Source: Candidatus Sungiibacteriota bacterium (lineage in GTDB: Bacteria; Patescibacteriota; Minisyncoccia; Sungbacterales; HO2-52-23). Taken from it: a DNA stretch of 64,000 nt. This document shows positions 10,215 through 19,470 of the stretch, piece after piece (within the stretch, counting starts at the first letter, position 1; the number at the start of each line of letters is the position of its first letter). The DNA lies in contig JACPYI010000023.1 in NCBI GenBank assembly GCA_016196115.1, positions 1,348 to 65,347 on the forward strand, in the 5' to 3' direction. The translations under genes and the position numbers were made by a program. The notes under the pieces were generated by a model, which had not been told where the DNA came from, ran no database searches, and was given only the letters and a program-made list of their open reading frames with translations.

Positions 10215-11027
10215 ATGCTTATCTTCAGCCATCGGGGACTAAAATTGGAACAACCCGAAAACACACTTGAAGCATTTTGCGCTGCGGCCGCAGCGGGTTT
10301 TGGCGTTGAACTGGATATCCGGCTTACCAAAGACGGGGATCTGGTCTGTATTCATGATCGAAATCCGGCGCGAGTGGCCGGGACTTCTGCGGTTCAGGAT
10401 GTTCGCGAACATACCGTGGTTGAGCTCCAAGCGCTCGATGTGGCAAATAGTTTCTGGCAGTGGCGCGATGCCAGCCGCATACCGAGATTTTTTGATGTTG
10501 CCCAGCAGGTGATTGCGAAGTTTGGTCCAGACCGGCGTGCCGCAGTGCACGTGAAGGCCGAAGAACAAGGGGATCAGCAGATCGGCCTGCTTGTATCCAC
10601 GTTTCAGAAATATAATCTCTACGCGCAAGCTTTTTTGTTTGACCTGACCTTGGAGACGGCCGCACAGGTTCGCGCTATGGATCCTAACATACAGATATTT
10701 ATATCAGTGGGTGAAGAGCGCTACGGCCCCTCGATCTATCTGTGGGAAGACCTGAAAGATCACGGAGCCATCTATGACGGCGTGTGGTGGGATGAATGGA
10801 AAATTCTTGGAGGCGAGTATACGCAAGAGCGTGCCGCCCAAATCAAAGCAGCCGGAAAATTGAATTATGCGATCTCGCCCGAGCTGCATCTTGATCACGC
10901 GAATCCGCACGCGCTCGTCGGCTACTACCAGGAGTGGGAGCGCTTCATCGCATGGAACATTGACGGCGTGTGCACCGCATTCCCACGTGCATTTCAGGAG
11001 TTTTTAGCAGCGCGTAAGATAGCATAA
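10215..11027 (+). CDS. glycerophosphodiester phosphodiesterase (GDPD/PLC-like) protein
   Basis: SHRG, PENTLEAF, VELDIRLTKDG, CIHD, ISPELH, DGVCT. AAGGAG SD. Confidence 0.85.
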   Translation: MLIFSHRGLKLEQPENTLEAFCAAAAAGFGVELDIRLTKDGDLVCIHDRNPARVAGTSAVQDVREHTVVELQALDVANSFWQWRDASRIPRFFDVAQQVIAKFGPDRRAAVHVKAEEQGDQQIGLLVSTFQKYNLYAQAFLFDLTLETAAQVRAMDPNIQIFISVGEERYGPSIYLWEDLKDHGAIYDGVWWDEWKILGGEYTQERAAQIKAAGKLNYAISPELHLDHANPHALVGYYQEWERFIAWNIDGVCTAFPRAFQEFLAARKIA

Positions 11028-11047
11028 TACATTCAAAAATCATATCT

Positions 11048-11131
11048 CAAGGCCTCACCCAAAGGCCTTGACTTTTTTGCTGCAAAGCATAGGATTGTAC
11101 CATTCTTGTTTCTTTGACAGAACAGAGGAGG
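11048..11131 (+). promoter_or_regulatory. hairpin, promoter and SD upstream of the IMPase gene
   Basis: CAAGGCCT/AGGCCTTG hairpin overlapping TTGACT-16-TAGGAT; GAGGAGG at 11125-11131. Confidence 0.5.
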
Positions 11132-11137
11132 AAAGAA

Positions 11138-12028
11138 ATGGATCAGCACGATAATGACATTCTCCCTATTTTATTGGATGCATTAGAGGCTTCAATGGAG
11201 GTGGTGGGCACATATCAGGGTGGTCATCTACCGAGTGACATCGAGCATAAAGCGGATAATACTATTGTCACAGTTGCGGACAAAGCAAGTGAATCGGCGG
11301 CTGCCGCTATTCTGCAGGAACGATTAACGGGATTTGATTTCCATTTTGAAGAGCGCGGACAAGTCGGCAATGCAGAATCCAGATACAGCGTATGGGTGGA
11401 TCCGCTTGACGGCACTGCTCCGTTTGCCAATGGGGCAAACACCTCAACGGTTATTATTGCGGTCAATGATAATGAAAGAAAACGCGTTACGCACTGCTTG
11501 GTTGGAGAGCCGGGGGTAACTGGTAAAATCTGGTATGCGATTGAAGGTCAAGGAACAGAGATAATTGATCGGTTGGATTTTTCCGACCAGGATCATCCTG
11601 CAAGAGTTTGGGATGGCACGCTCAATCCAAAATCCGGCGTTCTGCTTGATCTCTACCCCGACTTTCGCGGAAAAGGGTATGAGGCGCTCTCAAACGAAGA
11701 ACAGCATAAACTTTTCAGTTTGCTTTTTGGAAAAGCGCAAATCAGGATGTTGGGGTCTAACGGCTATCACCACGCCTTGGTTGCAAACGGCGGCGAAGGC
11801 ATGGCTGGAGCCATTACGGTTGCCTACGGCGGTCCGTGGGATTGCGCCCCGGTGCTTTTAGTGCTTGAGGCAGGAGGCGCTGCTCGGGCTTTTTCAACAG
11901 ACGGCCAATATTTTATCGAACAACATCCGCTTGATGTGATGAGCTATCGTTTTCTCGTAACAGGTAATAATCAGGAAACCGTGGACACACTCTCGACTGC
12001 TCTTTTCGAGCTTCGGCCATTGAAATAA
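11138..12028 (+). CDS. inositol monophosphatase (FIG) family protein
   Basis: VTVADKASE, FEE, WVDPLDGT, PWDCA motifs. Confidence 0.85.
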   Translation: MDQHDNDILPILLDALEASMEVVGTYQGGHLPSDIEHKADNTIVTVADKASESAAAAILQERLTGFDFHFEERGQVGNAESRYSVWVDPLDGTAPFANGANTSTVIIAVNDNERKRVTHCLVGEPGVTGKIWYAIEGQGTEIIDRLDFSDQDHPARVWDGTLNPKSGVLLDLYPDFRGKGYEALSNEEQHKLFSLLFGKAQIRMLGSNGYHHALVANGGEGMAGAITVAYGGPWDCAPVLLVLEAGGAARAFSTDGQYFIEQHPLDVMSYRFLVTGNNQETVDTLSTALFELRPLK

Positions 12029-12039
12029 GGAGGAGTGTT

Positions 12040-12258
12040 ATGAGATTCAGACAGAGAAAACTTAGAAAGTTGTTGAGCGATATACGAACAAGCAGATGGT
12101 TTTGGAATGTCGTGACTGGTGCGCAGGCGTGCGCTCTGATCCTCATAATTTTTGTGCCAAAGCCATGGAACAATGCTCTCGTGTTAGGCATCGCTGCTAT
12201 TTTGCTTACTGGCATGGTGTGCTCGATCTGTCAAATTCCCCAAAAGAAATCGTCCTAA
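12040..12258 (+). CDS. small two-TM membrane protein
   Basis: AGGAGG SD right after the IMPase stop. Two hydrophobic segments in 72 aa. Confidence 0.6.
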   Translation: MRFRQRKLRKLLSDIRTSRWFWNVVTGAQACALILIIFVPKPWNNALVLGIAAILLTGMVCSICQIPQKKSS

Positions 12259-12273
12259 AATGGATCACGGCAG

Positions 12274-12310
12274 GCCCTTCTCTCACAAGAAAGAAGGGCT
12301 GTTCTATTTA
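12274..12310 (+). terminator. intrinsic terminator
   Basis: GCCCTTCT...AGAAGGGC stem followed by TGTTCTATTTA. Confidence 0.65.
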
Positions 12311-12454
12311 CCCCACCAAATACTTGTCTCCTTTTGCCGAGGGGATTTTTATGACGGCGCTGTAGCCGTCCTCAATGCACGTGAAGCGGGAGACCTCGTT
12401 GGGGTGGAGGCGGACAAAATCTTTTGGCATGTCAAAGTCAAACACAAATTTATA
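12308..12454 (-). pseudogene. 3' remnant of a small cupin-like protein
   Basis: Manual translation YKFVFDFDMPKDFVRLHPNEVSRFTCIEDGYSAVIKIPSAKGDKYLVG*. It resembles the C-terminus (LxPxE..F.C.ED...V.K.P..K.DKY) of the small cupin I recall accompanying PMAG nucleotidyltransferases and HADs. An in-frame stop lies immediately upstream. Confidence 0.55.
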
Positions 12455-12576
12455 TCACTATCTTGTTCGATCGGTCAGAACAGTGTTACAAAAATTGACC
12501 TTATTTTTCTTGACCAATCAAAGATGTTTTGTTACCGTTTAGTCAGGTTGCTGTGTTTCTGATAAGGAGAAGAGAT

Positions 12577-12858
12577 ATGATCAACACGGTTATATTCGAT
12601 CTAGACGGGGTTATCTGCGATACGGAGCGTTCCCGCTTTGATTTGTCTGCGCTGCATCAGTTGAACATGCCCGTTGAAGAATGTATTGCGATTGAAGATA
12701 CTCCACTGGGAATTCAATCGGCACAATCTGCGGGATTGATCTGTATCGCAGTGACCCATACTCACTCTCGGGATGAACTGGCTGGTGCGGATGCTATCAT
12801 TGACGGTCTCCCTGAATTCACCGGTGAATTTATCAGTCGCTTACAGATAAGAGAATAG
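12577..12858 (+). pseudogene. internally deleted HAD (beta-PGM-like) hydrolase
   Basis: 93 aa. Motif I (FDLDGVICDTE) is joined almost directly to motif IV (CIAIEDTPLGIQSA), so the cap and motifs II/III are missing. It has its own promoter (TTGACC-17-TACCGT, 12510-12538), SD and terminator (12857-12880). Confidence 0.65.
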
Positions 12859-12915
12859 CTCGCATCGCGCGAGCTTTTTGTTGCACTTTTATTGCCCTCT
12901 TTTTGTCATGGACAA

Positions 12916-13542
12916 TTATACCAAGATCGGATCAAACAGCGCCAGGTGCACGTCTTCGCAGCCGCGCACCGGGATTACGCTCGCGCCGCTGGCGCGGGCC
13001 GCGGCAATGCCGTGCGGGGCGTCTTCCACGATCACGGCCTCATGCGGCTCAATCCCGAGTTTTTTGAACGCGGTGAGGTAGATTTCCGGATGAGGCTTTG
13101 GGTTTTCTATCTCGTCGTTGCCCAGGATCACATCAAAGTAGTCAAAGAGGTGCGCGGATTTGAGCATGAGGTGAAGGGTCTCGCGGATGGAATTTGAGCA
13201 GCAGGCAAGTTTGTAGCCGCGGTCTTTGAGATGGCGCATGAGAATGATTTTTGAATAATCCGGCGCGCAGTATTTCGGGATGATGTCTTTGGTATGCTGC
13301 TGCTTGACGTCGTTGATAAATTCGCGCAATCCCGGCGGCAGCCGCTCGAGCCGCTCGAGCTCCTCGAGTTTTTTTCTCGTGGGCAGGCCGTTGAAATGTC
13401 CGAAGTGCTCGTCCTCTTCAATGCGCGCGCCAAAAAGCGCCAAGGCGCGGTTGAGCGCCTCAAAATGGCCCTTGGGCATGTCCACCAGCACGCCGTCGAG
13501 GTCAAACAAGATCGCTTTATAACTTGGTTTTTGTTCAGTCAT
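12916..13542 (-). CDS. HAD family phosphatase
   Basis: FDLDGVL, CCSNS, KPHPEIY, VEDAPHG. Confidence 0.9.
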   Translation of the reverse strand: MTEQKPSYKAILFDLDGVLVDMPKGHFEALNRALALFGARIEEDEHFGHFNGLPTRKKLEELERLERLPPGLREFINDVKQQHTKDIIPKYCAPDYSKIILMRHLKDRGYKLACCSNSIRETLHLMLKSAHLFDYFDVILGNDEIENPKPHPEIYLTAFKKLGIEPHEAVIVEDAPHGIAAARASGASVIPVRGCEDVHLALFDPILV

Positions 13543-14806
13543 GCTGTTGTTCCTGCGCCCACGCGGGCCTAAAAAAACTTGAACGGCCTTTTCCGTGCGG
13601 AAGAGGAAAGCGCAAGCCAAGTCCGGCTATCTGCTCCACCGTAAACACAAGCTGTCCCTCATCCTGCACGATGCGTTTTACTTCGTGTATGCCGATATCC
13701 GGCTCGATGCGGTACGTTCCGTGGCTGAGCGTGTTGGCGGGAATAATAAATTTTTTGATAAACGGTCCCTGTTCAACGGTCGGCGGCAAAGAATTTTCGG
13801 CATCGTCATAGAGCGTGTATGCAAGTTCGTAACCGAATTCGGAAAACAAGGTAAAGCCGAAAATCAGGCCGCGCACGGGCTGAAGAATGTCCGCAGTGAT
13901 CTCGATTTCAATGGGCGCTGCGGTGTGGAATCTTCCGGCCGGCTCCATGCTTCTCACCCGCGTATGCGTGAGCCGCACGTGCTCGTCGCCGGCCAGTCCC
14001 TCCCACTCCACTTTTTCGGTTTCGACATAATCGTACAGGTACGCGCGCACGACTTTTTCGGTCGGGCCGATCATTTTGATCTTACCCCGCTCGAGCAGAA
14101 TCGTTTGCTTGCACAGTTGCTGAACCGCCACCATATTGTGACTCACGAACAGAATCGTGCGGCCGTCTTTTTTCGTAACCTCTTCCATTTTGCCCAGGCA
14201 TTTTTTTTGGAACTCGGCGTCGCCCACCGCAAGCACCTCATCAACCAAAAGGATGTCCGGCTCCAGATGCGCGGCGACGGAAAAGGCAAGCCGCACATAC
14301 ATGCCGCTGGAGTAGTATTTGACCGGCGTGTCAAGAAACTGCTCCACGCCGGCAAATTCGACAATGGCGTCAAAATTTTTCGCCATGTCGGCCCGGGACA
14401 TGCCCAGGATCGCGCCGTTGAGGAAAATGTTTTCGCGGCCGGTAAGTTCCGGATGAAACCCGGTGCCGACCTCCAAAAGGGACGAGACCCGGCCAGCCAT
14501 GACAGCCTCGCCCGCCGTAGGAGGGGTAATGCCGGTAAGAATTTTTAACAGGGTAGATTTGCCGGCGCCGTTCCTTCCGATGATGCCTACCACGTCTCCG
14601 GCGTTGACACGAAAGCTGATATCCTTGAGCGCCCAAAATTCTTCTTTAGTCACAGTGCCGATGGCGGTTTTCATTTTGGCTTTGGCGAATCGGAGCGGGC
14701 GTCTGGCAATGGTGGCAATCACGTCGCGCAACGCAACATAGCCGCCCCGCTGGTGGGCAATATCGTATTTTTTGCTCAAGTTTTTGACTTGGATGATTGG
14801 GGGCAT
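13535..14806 (-). CDS. wzt: polysaccharide ABC exporter ATP-binding subunit with C-terminal Wzt_C-like domain
   Basis: GRNGAGKST, YSSGM, DEVLAVGD, VSH, plus a ~160-aa C-terminal extension. Confidence 0.92.
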   Translation of the reverse strand: MPPIIQVKNLSKKYDIAHQRGGYVALRDVIATIARRPLRFAKAKMKTAIGTVTKEEFWALKDISFRVNAGDVVGIIGRNGAGKSTLLKILTGITPPTAGEAVMAGRVSSLLEVGTGFHPELTGRENIFLNGAILGMSRADMAKNFDAIVEFAGVEQFLDTPVKYYSSGMYVRLAFSVAAHLEPDILLVDEVLAVGDAEFQKKCLGKMEEVTKKDGRTILFVSHNMVAVQQLCKQTILLERGKIKMIGPTEKVVRAYLYDYVETEKVEWEGLAGDEHVRLTHTRVRSMEPAGRFHTAAPIEIEITADILQPVRGLIFGFTLFSEFGYELAYTLYDDAENSLPPTVEQGPFIKKFIIPANTLSHGTYRIEPDIGIHEVKRIVQDEGQLVFTVEQIAGLGLRFPLPHGKGRSSFFRPAWAQEQQHD

Positions 14807-14810
14807 ACGG

Positions 14811-15629
14811 TCAAATAATGTCGGCGAAATAACGTTCAACGGTTTTGAAATAAGCGGTGCCGATGACCAGCGCCGCGAGGCACGCGAACGACGAGATCGC
14901 AAGCAGCGTCCAATTGATGGGCGTGGTGCCCAGGATCGCTGCCCGGGCTGCCTGGATCACGCCAGTCATGGGGTTGAGCGCGAGGAGCCGCGAGTACTTG
15001 CCGGCGATGCTCGCCGGGTAGATCACGGGGGTGAGAAAGAGCATGATCTGTATGAAAAACGGAAGCACGTACCGCACATCGCGGTATCTTACGTTGAGGG
15101 CGGCAAGAAACAGACCCATTCCCACGGCTGCCATAAAGGTAATAAGCAGCAGCAACGGGAGGATGGCAAGCCCCATAAGGCGCGGCACGTATCCATAATA
15201 GATCATCATGCCGATTAAAATAAGTGATGCGACGGCAAAGTCAATGAATTTGGTCATGACTGCCGAGAGCGGCAGGATCAGGCGCGGAAAATATACTTTA
15301 GTGATAATCGCCTGATTGCCGATCAGGGTTGAACTCGTCTCGGAAAGCGCTCCGGAAAAGAATTGCCAGAAAAGCAGGCCCACGTACACAAAAATAGGAT
15401 AGGGGACGCTGTCCGATGGGATATGCGCGAGTTTGCCGAAAAACACGCTGAAGACGATCATCGTGACAAACGGCTGGAAAAGGGCCCACCCGACCCCGAT
15501 CACGGTCTGCTTGTAGCGCACTTTGAGATCGCGCCACGTAAAAAAATAAAGCAGCTCGCGATAACGCCACAATTCCCGCGCGTCTTCAATGCTTATTTTT
15601 TTCTTGGGCCTGATAATGATTGATTGCAT
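14811..15629 (-). CDS. wzm: polysaccharide ABC exporter permease
   Basis: RDLKVRYKQT, KVYFPR, RYRD, TPVIY, LNP motifs; multiple TM helices. Confidence 0.92.
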   Translation of the reverse strand: MQSIIIRPKKKISIEDARELWRYRELLYFFTWRDLKVRYKQTVIGVGWALFQPFVTMIVFSVFFGKLAHIPSDSVPYPIFVYVGLLFWQFFSGALSETSSTLIGNQAIITKVYFPRLILPLSAVMTKFIDFAVASLILIGMMIYYGYVPRLMGLAILPLLLLITFMAAVGMGLFLAALNVRYRDVRYVLPFFIQIMLFLTPVIYPASIAGKYSRLLALNPMTGVIQAARAAILGTTPINWTLLAISSFACLAALVIGTAYFKTVERYFADII

Positions 15630-15636
15630 ACCATAG

Positions 15637-16542
15637 TTATGATAGAGTTGCCCGAAAGGGATTTCGCCGGTATGTGTGGAGCGACCACACACCGTCCGCA
15701 AATGAATCGAATTCGACGGTTCGGTGATAAAAAGAGTTTAAGAGGGGGATTTGCAGATAGAGTTTATTCGGGATGTTGCGCAGCAAGGGTTTTCCCAGAC
15801 GGAGGATTCGGTATGCCATGGCCAGAGTCCGATCCCTGGAGGAAACCGAGTCATAGAGTTCTTTGAGCGCCTTCTCGGTATGCTCTTCAAATACCGCACG
15901 GTCCCGCACGCTTTGGCCGGACGGAACTTTGCGGTATGTGCCTACAAGAGTCGTGAGATGGTATAATTCCGCTTCCTGAAAAAATTTTATCCATAAGCCG
16001 GTGTCGAAACTCCATGGGTATTTCTCGGACAGCGCACCGCCGGTCCGCTCCCAGAGCGAGCGTCGGAAGAACGTTGATTCCTGCTGAATGGTGCGCCAAT
16101 CGCGGATCAGAAAATCATATTTATTTTTTCGCAACGAAGATACTTTTACTACTCTTCCATAATCATCCAAGACGCTCGCAAGGCCGGTCAGCCATTCGAT
16201 TTCAGGAAATGATCCGAACGCGTCGGCGACGCTAAAAAGACTTTTCGGCAGGAGCGTATTTTTCGTGTTCAGCCAGCCCAATATCTCGCCGCCTGCAAAA
16301 GAAAAGCCGCGGTTGATTGCCGGAACCGGCGTGGTGCGCATACCGGGAAATTGCTCACAGCGCGCGAGATCATGCGCATAGCGCTGAATGATTTCCCAGC
16401 TCTTATCGGTGGAACCGTCATCGATCACGATGTACTCGAGATTCGGATATTGCTGCGAGAGCACGGATTCGATGGTCTGGGCAATATAGCGTTCCCGATT
16501 GAATACTTGGGTAACGAGAGAAATTTTTGGGTAGGCGTTCAT
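15637..16542 (-). CDS. GT2 glycosyltransferase
   Basis: ISLVT..FN, IDDGSTD, AINRG, QQESTFFRR. The DxD position is degenerate (WLNTKN). Confidence 0.85.
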   Translation of the reverse strand: MNAYPKISLVTQVFNRERYIAQTIESVLSQQYPNLEYIVIDDGSTDKSWEIIQRYAHDLARCEQFPGMRTTPVPAINRGFSFAGGEILGWLNTKNTLLPKSLFSVADAFGSFPEIEWLTGLASVLDDYGRVVKVSSLRKNKYDFLIRDWRTIQQESTFFRRSLWERTGGALSEKYPWSFDTGLWIKFFQEAELYHLTTLVGTYRKVPSGQSVRDRAVFEEHTEKALKELYDSVSSRDRTLAMAYRILRLGKPLLRNIPNKLYLQIPLLNSFYHRTVEFDSFADGVWSLHTYRRNPFRATLS

Positions 16543-17390
16543 TCTGTTTGGTTATGCCCGTCTCCGATACAAGCTAATCGCCTGCGCCGCTCGCGCACGA
16601 ATTTTGCATTCTGTCGCTCGCGCTGTTCCGGGGCGGCATAGGCATCAGATATGCGGAATATGCCGGTCTCGCGGACAAAGGCGACGTCTGCCTGACAGAG
16701 TGCCCCATCCAAAGGACGGTACGATATGCCCGCAATATCGTATGCCACAAACCCCGTGTCCTTCATGAACGCCGTAACTTCATGGAACAGGGGGGCGGTA
16801 CGGATCGCGCGAAAAAACGAAACTTCAAGAATGACCATGTCAGTCCTTGCGAGCGTGCGTTTACCGCCCCGAAGCGCTTCAAGTTCCGCGCCCTGGAGAT
16901 CCAGCTTGAGCAAAAAAGGCGGCAGCTCATCCGCGCAGAGATCATCAAGCGTGTATGCCGGAACCACGCGCTTTTCCTGCACGAGGGTCTCTTCGTCCTC
17001 GACCTCTTCAAAGATTGAAGAGCCGACCAGATCTTTATGGACATTGATGGCAATTTGGCTGGTGTCCGGTCCTGCTGCGGCGCCGGATATCAGTCGGGAA
17101 GATTTGAGGGATTGGCATACCGCCTCAAGGACCGGCCGGTATTCGGTCAGGGGCTCTATGAGCACATATCGCGCGTCGGGAAATACGGAGTGGGCGCATG
17201 CGGTCCAATCGCCGAATGCGGCGCCTGCGTCAACGAGCGTGGCAGGCGAGAAACCGATTCTTTTTGCGTGCCGCAAAACGCTGCGCATAGACATGCGCTG
17301 CCACTCGCCTTTCTTGCGGATTTCCAGGCCGAAACAGGCGAACGATATGGCAATAATTCTTTTCACCCAGTTGGAAAATCTCATAAACAT
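16539..17390 (-). CDS. FkbM family methyltransferase
   Basis: DAGAAFG, IEP, TLDD, LKLDLQGAEL. Confidence 0.88.
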   Translation of the reverse strand: MFMRFSNWVKRIIAISFACFGLEIRKKGEWQRMSMRSVLRHAKRIGFSPATLVDAGAAFGDWTACAHSVFPDARYVLIEPLTEYRPVLEAVCQSLKSSRLISGAAAGPDTSQIAINVHKDLVGSSIFEEVEDEETLVQEKRVVPAYTLDDLCADELPPFLLKLDLQGAELEALRGGKRTLARTDMVILEVSFFRAIRTAPLFHEVTAFMKDTGFVAYDIAGISYRPLDGALCQADVAFVRETGIFRISDAYAAPEQRERQNAKFVRERRRRLACIGDGHNQTE

Positions 17391-17400
17391 TGTCGCTGCG

Positions 17401-18378
17401 TCACGCGAATTCGCGGTTATGCTGCTGCTCCGTGAAAGTCGGCGGCCGCCTGCCCCGATACCACGCTATAGTTTTTTCCAAGCCGGTCTCGAAATCGGTT
17501 GACGCGTGAAAGCCGAATTCTTTTTTTGCGCGGCTCACGTCAAGCATACGGCGCGGCTGGCCGTCGGGCTTGGAGGGGTCCCAGCGTATGCCGCCACTGA
17601 AATCCATAAGTCGGCATATCATCTCCACCAGATTTTTTATGGAAATCTCTGTGCCTGATCCTAGGTTTACCGGCTCCGGCTTGTCGTAGTTCTCGGCGGC
17701 CGCGATAATCCCTTTGGCGCCGTCCTCGACGTAAAAAAACTCCCGTGTAGCAGAGCCGCTTCCCCATACGTCAATAAAGGTCTTGCCGGAACGCTTGGCA
17801 TCATCGACTTTTTTGATCAAAGCAGGGATCACGTGCGATGCGGACGGATCAAAATTATCTCCCGGACCGTAGAGATTTACCGGAATCACGTAAATACTGT
17901 TCATGCCGTACTGCCGACGGTATGCCTGCGCCTGCACCAGCATCATCCGCTTTGCCAGGCCGTACGGCGCATTAGTCTCTTCCGGGTAGCCGTTCCAGAG
18001 GTCTTGTTCTTTGAACGGCATCGGCGCGAATTTCGGATACGCGCATACCGTGCCGACGCCGACGAATTTTTGAACTCCTTCCTGCCGCGCCGCCTCCATC
18101 ATCTGTATGCCCATCATGGCGTTATCGTAAAAAATTTCCCCGGGCTTCTCGCGGTTGAATCCGATGCCGCCGACTTTCGCCGCCAGATGGATAACAATAT
18201 CTTGCCCCGCCGCAACCCGCATGCAGTTTTCCCAGACGCGGAGATCGCATTCGCTTGAGTGCGGAACAGTGATCTGCGATTCGGGAACTCCGCGTTCGCG
18301 CAGTTTTTTCACCACAAAACCGCCCAGGAATCCGGCGCCCCCGGTGACCAGTATTTTTTTATCGGCAAGGTTGATCAT
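17401..18378 (-). CDS. fcl: GDP-L-fucose synthase
   Basis: [45 protein letters not shown]. Confidence 0.93.
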   Translation of the reverse strand: MINLADKKILVTGGAGFLGGFVVKKLRERGVPESQITVPHSSECDLRVWENCMRVAAGQDIVIHLAAKVGGIGFNREKPGEIFYDNAMMGIQMMEAARQEGVQKFVGVGTVCAYPKFAPMPFKEQDLWNGYPEETNAPYGLAKRMMLVQAQAYRRQYGMNSIYVIPVNLYGPGDNFDPSASHVIPALIKKVDDAKRSGKTFIDVWGSGSATREFFYVEDGAKGIIAAAENYDKPEPVNLGSGTEISIKNLVEMICRLMDFSGGIRWDPSKPDGQPRRMLDVSRAKKEFGFHASTDFETGLEKTIAWYRGRRPPTFTEQQHNREFA

Positions 18379-19364
18379 CTCAAAGGTTTTAAGTCCTCGT
18401 CAACCATGATTTTCACGAGTTCGGAAAAAGTGGTTTTCGGCGCCCAGCCCAGCTTCTCGCGCGCTTTGGCGGTATCCGCCATCAAATGTTCCACTTCGGC
18501 CGGCCGGAAGTAGCGCGGGTCGATCTCGACGTAGTCCCGCCAGTTTTCAATGTCGGCATGGCGGAATGCGGTCTCCAGAAATTCCCGCACCGAATGGCTT
18601 ATCCCCGTGCCGATCACGTAGTCCTCCGCCTCATTCTGCTGCATCATCCGCCATGCGGCCTCCATGTATTCGGGCGCGTAGCCCCAGTCGCGCCGCGCGT
18701 CAAGATTGCCCAGATAAATTTTCTTGTCGAGTCCCGCGATGATCCGCGCGATGCCCCGCGTGATCTTTTTGGTCACGAACGTGCCGCCGCGCCGGGGGCT
18801 CTCGTGGTTAAACAAAATGCCGTTGACCGCGAACATGCCGTGCGCTTCGCGATAATTTACGGTCGCGTGGTACGCGAATACTTTCGCGATCGCATACGGG
18901 CTCCGGGGATGGAACGGCGTTGACTCGTTCTGCGGCGGGGGCGCCGCGCCGAACATCTCCGACGAGGACGCCTGGTAATATTTTATTTTCTTGCCCGTGT
19001 GCTCTTCAAAGTCCTTGATTGCCTCGAGAATTCGCAGGGTACCCATGCCTGTGGTGTCGGCCGTGTATTCAGGAATGTCAAACGACACGCGCACATGCGA
19101 CTGCGCCGCCAGATTGTATATTTCGTCCGGCTTGATTTTATAGATGAGTTTGCGAAGAATGCCCGCGTCAGACAGGTCGCCATAGTGGAGGTGCAGGCGC
19201 GAGCCGCTCGCGTGCGGGTCCTGGTACAGATGCTCGATCCGCGCCGTATTGAACGTAGACGCGCGGCGGATCATGCCGTGCACCTCGTATCCTTTTTCAA
19301 GCAAAAGCTCCGCCAGGTACGAACCGTCTTGTCCGGTGATGCCGGTGATGAGCGCTTTTTTCAT
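18375..19364 (-). CDS. gmd: GDP-mannose 4,6-dehydratase
   Basis: [43 protein letters not shown]. Start trimmed to MKKAL. Confidence 0.95.
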   Translation of the reverse strand: MKKALITGITGQDGSYLAELLLEKGYEVHGMIRRASTFNTARIEHLYQDPHASGSRLHLHYGDLSDAGILRKLIYKIKPDEIYNLAAQSHVRVSFDIPEYTADTTGMGTLRILEAIKDFEEHTGKKIKYYQASSSEMFGAAPPPQNESTPFHPRSPYAIAKVFAYHATVNYREAHGMFAVNGILFNHESPRRGGTFVTKKITRGIARIIAGLDKKIYLGNLDARRDWGYAPEYMEAAWRMMQQNEAEDYVIGTGISHSVREFLETAFRHADIENWRDYVEIDPRYFRPAEVEHLMADTAKAREKLGWAPKTTFSELVKIMVDEDLKPLR

Positions 19365-19470
19365 AGTGGTCGTTTCGCGATCATTATGCACGAAAACAGG
19401 AAAAAAAGCAAGATATGGCGCGTGCGACAAAATAGTACTAAGATGCGTTTGATAGGTATAGGCCATCGGC

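Noticed and set aside
15684-15693. Hairpin GTGTGG-AGCGA-CCACAC near the GT2 3' end (about 15674-15690)
   Set aside because: Short stem inside a CDS, expected by chance.
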